Assembly (NCBI GenBank): GCA_035221665.1
Contig: CM069171.1
Location: 10,478,001-10,542,000 of the forward strand
Source of the DNA: Okamejei kenojei
Lineage: Eukaryota
Length of the DNA stretch: 64,000 nt
Direction of reading: 5' to 3'
Below are positions 35,348 through 48,960 of the stretch, piece after piece. The first letter of the stretch is position 1. Every line of letters begins with the position of its first letter. The notes under the pieces were generated by a model. It saw only the letters and a program-made list of their open reading frames with translations, searched no databases and had not been told where the DNA came from. The position numbers and the translations under genes are program-made.

Positions 35348-36699
35348 ATGACCTGGTAAATGGAGTCTTGAAGTTTCCCGAAAGAAACCGTTGTCTGTCC
35401 AATCCCTCCGCAGATGAAATGTCCTCGCGGAGTCGTGTCCTCGACCGACCTGTCACCCACCTTCAAACAACCTGGAGGAGATCCAGCGCCCTAGGAAATC
35501 CCACCAAGTTGTTCATCAACAGCTTCTCCAGTGTCAGGTGTGGAGATTTGCAGAGCTTGGAGCAAGATTGGGTCTTCAGGATCTTCAAGCATCTGACATT
35601 GCAAGTCCATGATGATTGTCAATCTTGGCCATTTCCTGTCATCAGAAACCAACCTAGTAAATGGAGACAAGAATGGAGTCTTGAAGGGTCTCGATCCAAA
35701 TGTCATCTGTCCATTTCCTGCGCAGATGCTGCCTGACCCACTGAGATCCTCCAGCAGTTTTCTGCTCCGCCTTCGCTGAGAGCAGAGCTCTAAAATCACA
35801 TCTCTATCACGGTCTTCCACTGAGGGCAGTTTACAGAGGATCAGCTCCGTATTCCCAGTGACACCAGATCTTCCTCAGCAACACAGCGGGGTCAGGTGTG
35901 ATGACGCTTCTGCGTGCCAGCCCTGGTCCATGGCCGTCTCATCAGATATTGTCCTCCGGTCAATCACAGGGAACATGGCAGAGGTCGATGACCTCAGGAG
36001 GGGAAAGCCGATGATCCACAAACTTGTCTTCATTCATGGGACAGTGGTGGAGAACGTTATGTTGCAAGTTCCTGTGTGTCCATGTCTCTGAAGATCTGTC
36101 CTGGATGTCCTCACACATCTCCTTAACCATGTCTCTGCTCAATCCTGTACAACTGGGGATCTTTAATTTCCTCATCAGCAGAGCACAATCCGCACAAACG
36201 GGCAATACCTCCTCTATAACCAACCCAGGACCAGCTCAAGGCTGTGTGCTCAGTCCCCTGCTCTATGACCAGGACTGCACAGCCAGACCATTCCAATACC
36301 GTCTTTAAATTTCACCGACGATACCACCGTTTGTTGGACAAATGATGGTTAATGATGAGATTGAGAGATGAGAGATAATGATGAGAGAGATTGATAATCT
36401 GAGGGAATGCTGCCAGTGCAGACGTTTTGTTCTCAATGTCCGCAGGACCACAGATTTGTTGACTTCAGGAGAAAGCCGCAGATCCACAAACTTGACTTCA
36501 TTGATGGGACAGTGGTGGAGAAAGTTATGTTCCAAGATCCTGCTTCAAGTTCCTGGGCGTTCATATCTCTGAAGATCTGTCCCGGTTCCGACACGGGTCC
36601 CATTTTGTTCCCCACATCACTCCTCGACCGACCTCCGGCACCCACTGCGGGCCCGTCCTAGGCTGCCCACCGCCGGGTCCTCTCTTGGTCCTCTCCCAT

Positions 36700-37680
36700 T
36701 CATTTACCCATTCTTGATGTAGATAAGTCGCCCAAGCTTCACTGCTGTACAGTAATGTGTTCAACACTCACGCGTTGTAGACAGTTACCTTGGTCTTCAT
36801 TGTGAGTTTCCTATTCTTCTATGTCCGCTTGCTTAGCCTCCCGAAGGTGGGTGCTGTAGAGGAGGTGGTTTACTGTACGTGAATTAGTTTCCTCATCCAG
36901 AGAGTGGCAGTGAGTCATAGATCCTATGTTGGTGAATTTAAAAGTGGAGTGGTGTTTATGGTGATTTCAGAGGAGAGTGGAGTGCCCTGACCCATGACAA
37001 CAATTGTCTCAACGCTAATTGTCAGTCGGCCTTTGGTGCGAGCATGAGACAGTCTGTCCATCAGCCCCTGAAGTCCCTTCTTCTTTTGGGAAACTGAGTG
37101 CAACATCATCAGCGGGCTGGAGTTTTTCCCTTATAAGCACAGTTCTCACCTTCGCCTTGGCTTTCAACATTGCCAGTTTGAAGAGCATCCCAAAACTTCT
37201 GGATTGAAGATACACGTTTTCCGTGTCTGTCGGGAACCCAAAGGACAGAAGGACAGATAGGAAGATGCCGAACACCATGGGAGTTGGGACACAGCCTTGC
37301 CTCACTCCACTTCTCATGGGGGAAACTGTCCGATGTAGGTTCATCAAATTCCACAGTAGATGCATGTTCGCATGGAAGGACAAAGTGAGGTTTAGAAGAC
37401 ATGGTGGACATCCATTGTTCTCCAATAGCTGGTAGAGGCCGTGTCTGCTGACAGAAGTGGGATGTCCCTGTAGTTGGTGCACTCGCTGTGATCTCCCTTG
37501 TTCTCTTGTGCAGTGTGACGATGTTGGTGTTACACGTCTGTTGAGGGACACCACCCTCTCTCTGATGATTGTCAGCCGGTCTTTGCTGTGAGCTTGAGAC
37601 AGTCTGTCCATCAGGTCCCTGAAGTTCTTCTTCTGTTGGGGTGATGAGAGAGCAATGTGGTCCCGATGGTTCCTCTTCCC
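36700..37680 (-). mobile_element. RTE (BovB-like) RT fragments, rearranged
   Basis: GCPPCLLNLTLSFH, SGVRQGCVPTPMVFGIF, ADD, LNTLLYSSEAW. Confidence 0.8.
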
Positions 37681-37750
37681 TCAGCAACACAGCAGGGTCA
37701 GGTTTGATGAAGCTTCTGCATGCCACTGCTGTTCCGCGGCCGTCTCTTCA

Positions 37751-38655
37751 GATCTTGTCCTCTGGTCAATCTCAGGAACATGGCAGAGGTCGATGATCAC
37801 TGTGGACTTGAATGGCAGAACATTGAAGATCCCAGAGGCCAATCTTACTCCACGTTCTCCATGATCTTCCACACCTGGCGCTGGAGAAGCTGTTGAGGAA
37901 CAACTTGCAGGGACTTCTCGTGGCCCTGGATCTCCTCCAGATAGTGTGAAGGGGAAAACATGAAACATCTGCCGACTGATGTGGTCGCCAGCTGTTTGCG
38001 AGGAACTTTCCTTCCGAAGACTTGCAGGAAAATGCCACTGGGGCAGGTGATGAGTCAGAACTGGACGAGTTTGACAAATTTCTTAAACGGCATAGATTCT
38101 CACGTGCAACAGATCGCTGTCTGCTGTGCTGGAAAATGTTGACGATGAAATCCCAAATGCAGACGAGAGCGCGGGCGGGGAAGAGGTTGTAGCTCTTTCC
38201 AGTGGCTCTTAAAAGGGCCTTTGTTGGACAGAGTGAGAAATTCCGGTGCGGTCCCCACCGATGTGGCTTCATATCCGATGGTTTTATCCAATCCTTCTTG
38301 GGGTTGCGCAGGAGAATCCACGGCTTTTAAGAAATTTGTCAAACTCGTCCAGTTCTGACTCATCACCTGCCCCAGTGGCATTTTCCTGCAAGTCTTCAGA
38401 GGGAAAGTTCCTAGCAAACAGCTGGCGGCCACATCATTCGGCAGGTGTTTCATGCTTTCCCCTTCACACTGTCTGGAGGAGATCCTGGGCGACAAGAACT
38501 CCCCCCCCCAAGTTGCTCAACAGCTTCTCCAACGCCAGGTTTGGAAGTTTGCGTAGAATGTGGAGTAAGATTTGCCTTTGGGATCTTCAATGACCCGCCG
38601 TTCACTGTGATCATCGACTTCTGTCATGTTCCTGAGATTGACCAGAGGACAAGAA
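37751..38655. repeat. Large palindrome 1 (arms ~37751-38110 / 38304-38655)
   Basis: Arms are reverse complements over ~350 bp, e.g. gagtcagaactggacgagtttgacaaatttcttaa vs ttaagaaatttgtcaaactcgtccagttctgactc. Confidence 0.9.
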
Positions 38656-39254
38656 TCCAGTCTTCACTGGCTCCGTGTTGGCGGCCAGGTCGGCTCCAGT
38701 ACGACTGCGCGGCTCTCACCGTGAGCGGGTCAGGTTCTTCTGCTCCAGGTGTGGAAGGTTGCAGAGAACGTGGAGCATGATTGGGCCTTCGGGATCTTCA
38801 AGGATCTGTCATTCAAGTCCATGGTGATCATCAAACTTGGCCATTTACTGTCGTCAGAAACTGACCTGGCAAATAGGGACAAGAATGGAGTCTTGAAGGG
38901 TCGCGATCCAAACGTCATCCGCCCATTCCCTCTGCAGATGCCGTTTTCTCTCGGCGGCGCGTCCTCGACCGACCTCCGGCGGCCACGTTGTTCCTCAACA
39001 GCTTCTCCAGCGCCAGGTTGGGAAGGTCGCAGAGAACGTGGAACAAGGTTGGGTCTTCAGGATCTTCAATCATCTGTCACTCCAGTCTACGGTGATCATC
39101 AATCTTGGCCATTTCCTGTCATCATAATTCAACCTGGTAAATGGAGACAAGAATAGAGTCTTGAAGGGTCCCGATCCAAACATCGTCTGTCCATTCCATG
39201 CACAGATGCTGCCTGGCCAACTGAGTTCCTCCAGCAGTTTTCTGCACAACCTTC

Positions 39255-39429
39255 CATATAACCATATAACCATATAACCATATAACCATATAACCATATA
39301 ACAATTACAGCACGGAGACAGGCCCTCTCGGCCCTTCCAGTCCGTGCCGACCATTTGTTTTCCCCTAGTCCCATCTACCTGCACTCAGACCATACCCCTC
39401 CATTCCCTTCACGTCCATATACCTATCAC

Positions 39430-39486
<57 letters not shown>

Positions 39487-40085
39487 CCCTTTATTTTTTA
39501 TTGTAGAAACAGTATATACCAAGTACACTCTTATACGACATTGAGATTTATACAATGTATAAAATTATAACGTATTGATTATTAATTAGTACTATTTATG
39601 ATAATTGTAATATTATCCATTATACATTCCGTTATTATTTATTTTATATAATTGGGGGTATATGTAGTATATTCCTAATATATAAGTAATACACTTAGAT
39701 TTCTCAAAACATAGATATTCTTCTAATTACCAAATAGAAATCCCCGCTAATTTAACTACGTAATACCCAATCTTAAACACTTTACTTTTAAATGTTAAAA
39801 TCGATCCTGCCTCCACCACTTCTGCTGGAAGCTCATTCCACACAGCCACCACCCTCTGAGTAAAGAAGTTCCCCCTCACGTTACCCCTAAACTTCTGTCA
39901 CTTAATTCTCATGTCATGCCCTCTTGTTTGAATCTTCCCTACCCTCAATGGGAAAAGCTTATCCACGTCAACTCTGTCTATCCCTTTCATCATTTTAAAG
40001 ACCTCAATCAAGTCCCCCCTTAACCTTCTGCGCTCCAAAGAATAAAGACCTAACTTGTTCAACCTTTCTCTGTAACATAGTTGCT
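39255..40085 (-). mobile_element. CR1 3' end with (CCATATAA)n tail, interrupted by L1
   Basis: 8-bp tail repeats at 39255-39300; CR1 resumes at 39790. Confidence 0.8.
39435..39777 (-). mobile_element. 5'-truncated L1-clade insertion with TSD
   Basis: ~52-nt poly(T); cactttactttt duplicated at 39427-39438 and 39778-39789; TTTT/AA target. Confidence 0.8.
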
Positions 40086-40750
40086 GGACAGCCGAGTTCT
40101 AAAAAACACAAAATCTCCATCACGGCCTTCCATCGAGGGCAGTTTACAGAGGATCAGCTCCGCATTTCCAGTGACACCAGATCTTCCTCAGCAACACAGC
40201 GGGGTCAGGTGTGATGAAGCTTCTGCGTGCCAGCCCTGGTCCATGGCCGTCTCGTCAGATATTGTCCTCCGGTCAATCACAGGGAACATGGCAGATGGTC
40301 AGTGACCTCAGGAAGGGAAAGCCGATGATCCACAAACTAGTCTTCATTCATGGGACAGTGGTGGAGAACGTTATGTTGCAAGTTCCTGGGTGTCCATGTC
40401 TCTGAAGACCTGTCCTGGGTCCAGCACATCAATGTAATCACACACAAAACTTATGACCGCCTCTAAGCTTTCGTAACATCGTAACGACGTTGTACAATGG
40501 GGTTTGCTGCTCTTGACATTTTCCTTGTATTTGACGCAGGGGGAAGATCATGTCCATTGTGGATATACCTCCATGGAAACCACATTGTGCCTCAGGTCAG
40601 CGAGTCTGTGTAGTCTTTGCAGGATCACGCTGGCAAAGGCCTTTCTTGTAACACTCAGAAGTGAAATGTCCCTGTGGTTGGTGCACTCCCTTGTTCTTGT
40701 ACAATGTGACGATGTTGGTGTTACGCGTGTGTTACGCAGACACTGCTCAG

Positions 40751-41492
40751 CCAAACACAGAATTTATTATTTTCGGAGCAATGGAAGCCTATTCTGAGCT
40801 AACGCCATTTCAAAGATGTTTCCTCAATAATGGTTTGATAACAGCAAAGAAAACTTCATACTTAAATTCTGGAAAAACGCACCTATCCCAACGTTTAAAA
40901 TGTGGATTACAAATATGTCGGAAATATTACATCTTGAGGAAATGAGACTTGTTCTAGCGAGAAAACCAGAACAATTCTTTAAGATATGCTCGTCTTTCAT
41001 TGATTTATTACAAGTGTAATATGGTGCAACATAACTGGAAAGTAACAGTTTTAGAACTAAGTGAGGGGTGTGTAACGTTACGAATTAGGCACATTCCCTT
41101 TCTTTTCTAGGGTACTTTTGTGTACCCTCAATTTTCCAGCATCTGCAGTTCCTTCTTTAACACTTTCTCTTTCTTTTCTGTTCAGTTCTATCTTTTTCGC
41201 GTTTTCTTCTGATTTCTTTTCTTTTCTTAAGGCCACTTTATTTTCGGGGCCTTTTTTTTCAACACTTCTAAGGACGCAGTCTATTTATCTAATTATTAAT
41301 CATTAACCGTTAATTATTGCGCCCTACACATCACTACTATCCTCAAGCTTTTCTTTTTTCTTTCTTTGTTTTCTATCCAAAAATAAAAAATGAAAGAAGT
41401 TGTACATGAAATGTATTATGTTATATACCATGATTATAATGTATGTACATTGCTTCAAATAAATATATATTTTTTTTAAAGAAAAAAAAGAA
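40751..41492 (+). mobile_element. L1-clade 3' fragment with TSD
   Basis: GLITAKK..LKFWK..WITNMSEILHLE; A tail; actgctcag flanks both sides. Confidence 0.75.
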
Positions 41493-42051
41493 ACTGCTCA
41501 GTCCGTCACAGGTGATGATCGCTTCACCATCAAAGGGATCTACAGGAGATGCTACCTGCAAAAGGCAACTAATATCCACACCACCCTACCAGTTTGAAAA
41601 GCCAAGAGAAGCAGGGAAACTGATCTCCATATTTAAGAGCAGCTTCTTCCCAGCAATTACAACTCGAAAGCTGCACAACATGAACCACAACAATGAGATA
41701 TTATGGACTGCGTCTTTTGCTGCCCGACAGATATATTTTACAATTATTAATTTCCTGTATTTTTAATGTTATTAATATTCTGTGTGTCATTGCACTACGC
41801 TCCCATTATTTAGTTCAGAAGCTCAAAAAACGTGACGTCCGGGTTCAGGAACAGCTCTCTCCCAGCAACCATCAGGCTCTTGAACACTGCCCGACACAAA
41901 CCACATCTATGAACTGTGAAGAACTATTGACCAGTCTTTGGTTGCATTACAGACATGTTTACAGTAGAATTGGGAGTATAACTTTACTTTAATTTAAATT
42001 AATGCATGTTTGTGTTGTTGCAATTACAGGCTTGTTAATCTACAGCAAGAA

Positions 42052-42590
42052 ATACCCCCCCCCCCACACCCCTCTCCCCCACACCCCCCCTCCTCCCACA
42101 TCCTCCCTTCCCCCTCACCCACAGACATCCCCCCCCCCCCCCACACTACTCCTCCCCATCCATACCCCTCTCCCACCCCCCCACCCACACACACCCCCTC
42201 TCCCTCCTCCCACATCCTCCCTTCCCCTGCAACCCCTCCCCCACCCCCTACCCCTGCCCCACCCCTTACCCCTGCCCCCCTTATCCCTGCCCACACACAC
42301 CCCTCCCCCGACCCACTCCCCCACACTCCACCCACCCAGCAACCCTCTACCCCCGCCCACACACACCCCCTCCCCCACAGCCACACACCGTCCCCACACT
42401 GCTCCCCCCATCCACACCCCCCTCCCCCACCCACACCTCCACACACCCCCACCCACACAGCCCTCCCGCCCCCCACACACACACAACCCCCCCCACACAC
42501 ACCCCCCTCAAACCTCCCCCTCTCTGGTCCCACAACGCTCGCTGCCCCCTCCCTTCCTCCCCACACACACCCCACCAACACAACAACCCT
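42052..42590. repeat. C-rich low-complexity tract
   Basis: C/A-rich runs; G-quadruplex-prone on minus. Confidence 0.9.
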
Positions 42591-45500
42591 GCACTTGCAA
42601 ACTGAGACTTGAAAAATGGCACCAAACCTGGCCTCTCTGTCTACTATCTCCATCTACTACTGTGATACACTTGTACCGTTACCGAGATGCTTATGTAAGA
42701 TTTGTCATAGTGATTATGTATGGTGATACATGTACTAAACTGTGTACAGAAATGAATTCCACTTTAGCTCGGTAAATATGACTAATAAAGAACCGTTGAA
42801 CATTTATAAGCACAGTTCTTACCTTGGTCTTGGCTTTCAGCGTTGCTAGAACGAAGAGGTTGCTGTCCGCTTCTAGTGTGAAGATACGCTCCTTCTGTTG
42901 TCAGTCGTTGAAGACAGAGGACAGAGGGCAGATAGGAAGATGCCGAACAACACGGGAGCTGGGACGAAAACCTTGCTTCAACAGACAATAGGTGCAGGAG
43001 TAGGCCATTCAGCCCTTCGAGCCAGCACCGCCATTCAATGTGATCATGGCTAATCATCCACAATCGAACCCATTCCTGCCTTCTGTCCATATCCCCTTGA
43101 CTTCTATCTTTAAGATCCCTATCTAACTCTCTCTTGAAAGCATTCAGAGAACCGGCCTCCACCGCCCTCAGAGGCAGAGAATTCCACAGACTCACAACTC
43201 TCTGTGTGAAAAAGTGTTTCCTCGTCTCCGTTCTAAATGGCTTACCCCTTATTCTTAATCTGTAGCCCCTGGTTCTGGACTCCCCCAACATCAGGAACAT
43301 GTTTCCTGCCTCTAGAGTGTCCAAACCCTTAATAATCTTACATGTTTCAATAAGATCCACTCACATCTGTACAAATTCTAGAGTATACAAACCCAGCCGC
43401 TCCATTCTCTCAGCACATGACAATCCCGCCATCTTGGGAATTCGCCTTGTGAACCAACGCGACACTCCCTCAATAGCAAGAATGTCCTTCCTCAAATTAG
43501 GGGACCAAAACTGCACACAATACTCCAGGTGTGGTCTCACTAGGGCCCTGCACAACTGCACAAGGACCTCTTTGCTCCTATACACAACTCCTCTTGTTAT
43601 GAAGACCAACGTGCCATTCGCTTTCTTCACTGCCTGTTGTACCTGCATGCTTACTTTCATTGACTGATGAACAAGGACCGCCAGATCCCGTTGTACTCCC
43701 CCTTTTCCTAACTTGACACCATTTAGATAAGCTGTCTTCCTGATTTTGCTACCAAAGTGGATAACCTCATATTTATCCACATTAAACTGCATCTGCCCAC
43801 TCACCCAACCTGCATCCTCATAGCATCCTCCTCACAGTTCACACTGCCACCCAGCTTTGTGTCATCTGCAAATTTGCAAATGTTACTTGTAATCCCTTCA
43901 TCTAAATCATTAATATATAATGTAAATAGCTGCGGTACCAGTACATGAGCCTTCCAGTACCCCACGCCGGTGACGCATGTAGTGACGCGCGGTGTCTCCC
44001 TGTCGCCCCTGGATTTTGGAATGTTCAAAATCCAGGGGCGACATCTGGGTGTCTCATCATGTCGTGCGCACTGTCACACGTTGACGTGTGCAGGCCTGTG
44101 GGTGACGCCCGGTTAGGACCACAGAAGGGCTGTAAAATATTTTTCTTTCCATGCATGAATTTTAAACATTAAAATATTAAAAATTAATACAATTAACTCA
44201 ATTGTGCAAATGAAAAGATGTCTGAGTCGTTTTGTTTTATTTACAGATGTATTGGTCCGCTTCCAGATCCAATCACTGTCTCTAACCCCCCCCCCACTAA
44301 TAGTACTGGACAAAGGCCACATTGTCTGTTTTAGTAACATTGACTATTGGATAAATGCAGACTTTGGGAACAACACCCCCCACCTCCCCTTGCTTCTAAA
44401 TGGGTGGTGGGTATTTAGACCCAGTGGCCAGAGCAGGTGGGTGGCACTGGTACATTGACAACATTGCCTGCACCCAGTTGTAATGCCCGCTGCCTCTGGG
44501 GGTTTGGAGAGACCATTGGAAGAGAGATCTGCCTCTGGGACAACTCGTGGCCAACACTAGTTCTCATCAGCAGGCAAAACATTGGGGGTTCGAGTCCAAC
44601 CCATGGGGCCCCTGTATCACACTTAGTTCAGAGATACAGTGCCCATCGGCCCAGCGAGTCCGCACCGACCAGCGATCCCACACGCACTAGCCCACACGTG
44701 CTGGGGACAATTTATACTTATACCAAGCCTATCGACCTAGAGTTAGTGTTAGTATTCGGGTTAGAGTTATGGCTAGGGTTTGTATAAATTGTCCCTAGCG
44801 TGTGTGGAATGGTGTGCGGTATTCGCTGGTCGCAGGCTGGGTCCACAATGGGGGGCATCGGGGAAAGTGGGGGAGTGGGGGGGGTTGGAGGAATTGTTTG
44901 AAGGGAGGGGGGAAGGGAAGAAGGGGGAGAGAGGGGAGGGGAGAAGGATAGGAAGGGTAGTGGAGAAGGAGGGATGGGTGTGAGGGGAGGAGAGGGAGAT
45001 GTATGTGAGAGGGGAGTGCAGACTACACTCACTGAATCCATCCCTGTGAAAAGTTAGAGATGGTGATTGGATCTGGAAGCGGACCAATACATCTGTAAAT
45101 AAAACTGAACGACTCAGACATCTTTTAATTCATACAGTTGATTTTCTTGTATTACTTTTAATATATTAAAGTTTAAAATCCATGCATTGAAGGAAGAATA
45201 TTTTACAGCCCATCTGTGGTCCCTAACCACAACTATTGGCCCTGACCTTCCTCTTATCCCCTATCGAACTTTCCTTCCCAAATAATTTGGGAGTCTTTTG
45301 TAACTTTTCCTGTACTTGCTTTCCCTTTAACTCTATCTTTATACTCCTAATTCACTCCACTACTCATGGGGAAACTGTCTGAAGTAGCGCCATCAAATTG
45401 CACTGTAGATGCACGTTCTTGTGGAAGGACTGAGTGAGGTTTAGAAGACATGGCGGACATCCAATCGTCTCCAATACCTGGTAGAGCCACGTCTGTGGAC

Positions 45501-48500
45501 AGAATCGAAGGACAGAAAACAGCACTTGCAAACTGAGACTTGAAAAATGGCACCAAACCTGGCCTCTCTGTCTACTATCTCCATCTACGACTGTGATACA
45601 CTTGTACCGTTACCGAGATGCTTATGTAAGATTTGTCATAGTGATTATGTATGGTGATACATGTACTAAACTGTGTACAGAAATGAATTCCACTTTAGCT
45701 CGGTAAATATGACTAATAAAGAACCGTTGAACATTTATAAGCACAGTTCTTACCTTGGTCTTGGCTTTCAGCGTTGCTAGAACGAAGAGGTTGCTGTCGC
45801 TTCTAGTGTGAAGATACGCTCCTTCTGCGTCAGTCGTGAAGACAAAGGACAGAGGGCAGATAGGAAGATGCCGAACAACACGGGAGCTGGGACGAAACCT
45901 TGCTTCAATAGACAATAGGTGCAGGAGTAGGCCATTCAGCCCTTCGAGCTAGCACCGCCATTCAATGTGATCATGGCTAATCATCCACAATCTAACCCAT
46001 TCCTGCCTTCTGAACATATCCTCTTGACTGCTATCTTTAAGATCCCTATCTAGCTCTCTCTTGAAAGCATTCAGAGAACCGGCCTCCACCGCCCTCAGAG
46101 GCAGAGAATTCCACAGACTCACAACTCTCTGTGTGAAAATGTGTTTCCTCGTCTCCGTTCTAAATGGCTTACCCCTTATTCTTAATCTGTAGCCCCTGGT
46201 TCTGGACTCCCCCAACATCAGGAACATGTTTCCTGCCTCTAGAGTGTCCAAACCCTTAATAATCACATGTTTCAATAAGATCCACTCACATCCGTCTAAA
46301 TTCTAGAGTATACAAACCCAGCCGCGTCCATTTTCTCAGCATATGACAATCTCGCCATCATCGGGAATTCGCCTTGTGAAACGACGCGACACTCCCTCAA
46401 TACCAAGAATGTCCTTCCTCAAATTAGGGGACCAAAACTGCACACAATACTCCAGGTGTGGTCTCACCAGGGCCCTGCACAACTGCAGAAGGACCTCTTT
46501 GCTCCTATACATAACTCCTCTTGATATGAAGACCAACATGCCATTCGCTTTTCTTCACTGCCTGTTGTGCCTGCATGCTTACTTTCATTGACTGATGAAC
46601 AAGGACCGCCAGATCCCATTGTACTCCCCCTTTTCCCAACTTGACACCATTTAGATAAGCTGTCTTCCTGATTTTGCTACCAAAGTGGATAACCTCATAT
46701 TTATCCACATTAAACTGCATCCTGCCCACTCACCAACCTGCATCCTCATAGCATCCTCCTCACAGTTCACACTGCCACCCAGCTTTGTGTCATCTGCAAA
46801 TTTGCAAATGTTACTTGTAATCCCTTCATCTAAATCAATTAATATATAATGTAAATAGCTGCGGTACCAGTACATGAAGCCTTCCAGTACCCCACGCCTG
46901 GTGACGCATTAGTGACGTGCGGTGTCTCCCTGTCGCCCTGGAATTTTGGAATGTTCAAAATCCAGGGGGACATCTGGGTGTCTCATCATGTCGTGCACAC
47001 CTGTCACAGTTGACACATGTGATTCTGGGCCTGTGGGTGACGCCCGGTTAGGACCACAGAAGGGCTGTAAAATATTTTTCTTTCAATGCATGAATTTTTA
47101 AACATTAAAATATTAAAAATTAATACAATTAACTCAATTGTGCAAATGAAAAAGATGTCTGAGTCGTTTTGTTTTATTTACAGATGTATTGGTCCGCTTC
47201 CAGATCCAATCACACCGTCACTAACCCCCCCACCCCCCCCCCCCCCCCCCCCCCCCCCCCCACTAATAGTACTGGATAAAAGGCCACATCGTCTGTTTTA
47301 GTAACATTGACTATGGGATAAATGCAGACTTTGGGAACAACACCCCCCACCCCCCCTTGCTCTCAAAAAAAATGGGTGGTGGTATTTAGACCCAGTGGCC
47401 AGAGCAGGTGGGTGGCACTGGTACATTGACAACATTACCTGCACCCAGTTGTAATGCCCGCTGCCTCTGGGGGTTTGGAGAGACCATGAGAAGAGAGATC
47501 TGCCTCTGGAGAACTCGTGGCCAACACTTTAGTTCTCATCAGCAGCAAAAACATTGGGGGTTCGAGTCCAACCCATGGGGTCCTGTATCACACTTAGTTC
47601 AGAGGTACAGTGCCCTTCGGGCCCTCCGAGTCCGCCCGACCAGCTGATCCCACGCACACTAGCCCACACGTGCTGGGGACAATTTATACTTATACCAAGC
47701 CTATCGATCTAGAGTTAGTGTTAGTATTTGGGTTAGGGTTATGGCTAGGGTTTGTATAAATTGGCCCTAGCGTGTGTGGAATGGTGTGCGGGTATTCGCT
47801 GGTCGCAGGCTGGGTCCACAATGGGGGGCATCGGGGAAAGTGGGGGAGTGGGGGGGGGGGGGGATTTGGGGGGTTGGAGAATGGTTGAAGGGAGGGGGAA
47901 GGGAAGAAGAGGGAGAGAGGGAGAGGGAGAAGGATAGGGGGGGTAGTGGAGAAGGAGGGAATGGGTGTGAGGGGAGGAGAGGGAGATGTATGTGAGAGGG
48001 GAGTGCAGACTACACTCACTGAATCCATCCCTGTGAAAAGTTAGAGATGGTGATTGGATCTGGAAGCGGACCAATACATCTGTAAATAAAACTGAATGAC
48101 TCAGACATCTTTTAAAATTATACAGTTGATTTTCTTGTATACTTAATTAATATATTAAAGTTTAAAAAATCCATGCATTGAAGGAAGAATATTTTACAGC
48201 CCATCTGTGGTCCCTAACCCCAACTATTGGCCCTGAACTTCCTCTTATCCCTTATCGAACTTTCCTTCCCATTAATTCGACAGTTCTGTTTGTAACTTTT
48301 CCTGTACTTGTTTTCCCTTTAACTCTATCTTTATACTCCTAATTCCACTCCACTACGCATGGGGAAACTGTCTGAAGTAGCGCCATCAAATTGCACTGTA
48401 GATGCACGTTCTTGTGGAAGGACTGAGTGAGGTTTAGAAGACATGGCGGGACATCCAATCGTCTCCAATAACTGGTAGAGCCACGTCTGTGGACAGAATC

Positions 48501-48960
48501 GAAGGACAGAAAACAGCACTTGCAAACTGAGACTTGAAAAAATGGCACCCAAACCTGACCTCTGTCTACTATCTCCATCTACTACTGTGATACACTTGTA
48601 CCATATCCGAGATGCTTATGTAAGATTTGTCATAGTGATTATGTATGGTGATACATGTATTAAATGTGTACAGAAATGAATTCCACTTTAGCTCGGTAAA
48701 TATGACTAATAAAGAACCGTTGAACATTTATAAGCACAGTTCTTACCTTGGTCTTGGCTTTCAACGTTGCTAGAATGAAGAGGTTGCTGTCGCTTCTAGT
48801 GTGAAGATACGCTCCTTCTGCGTCAGTCGTGAAGACAAAGGACAGAGGGCAGATAGGAAGATGCCGAACAACACGGGAGCTGGGACGAAACCTTGCTTCA
48901 ATAGACAATAGGTACATGGAGTAGAGGCCATTCGGCCTTCGAGCTAGCACCGCCATTCAA
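42591..48960. repeat. ~2.95-kb tandem duplication (units start 42591, 45522, 48516 partial)
   Basis: gcacttgcaaactgagacttgaaaaa at each start; each full unit holds RTE, reverse CR1 (KFADDTKLGG), SINE and an IR-bounded segment. Confidence 0.93.
44113..45227. repeat. ~1.1-kb segment bounded by ~175-bp inverted repeats (copy 2 at 47048-48217)
   Basis: 44113-44286 is the reverse complement of 45053-45227 (core tatttacagatgtattggtccgcttccagatccaatcac). Confidence 0.85.

Noticed and set aside
42002-42775. Extensin-like proline-rich ORFs
   Set aside because: Translation of a C-rich low-complexity tract.
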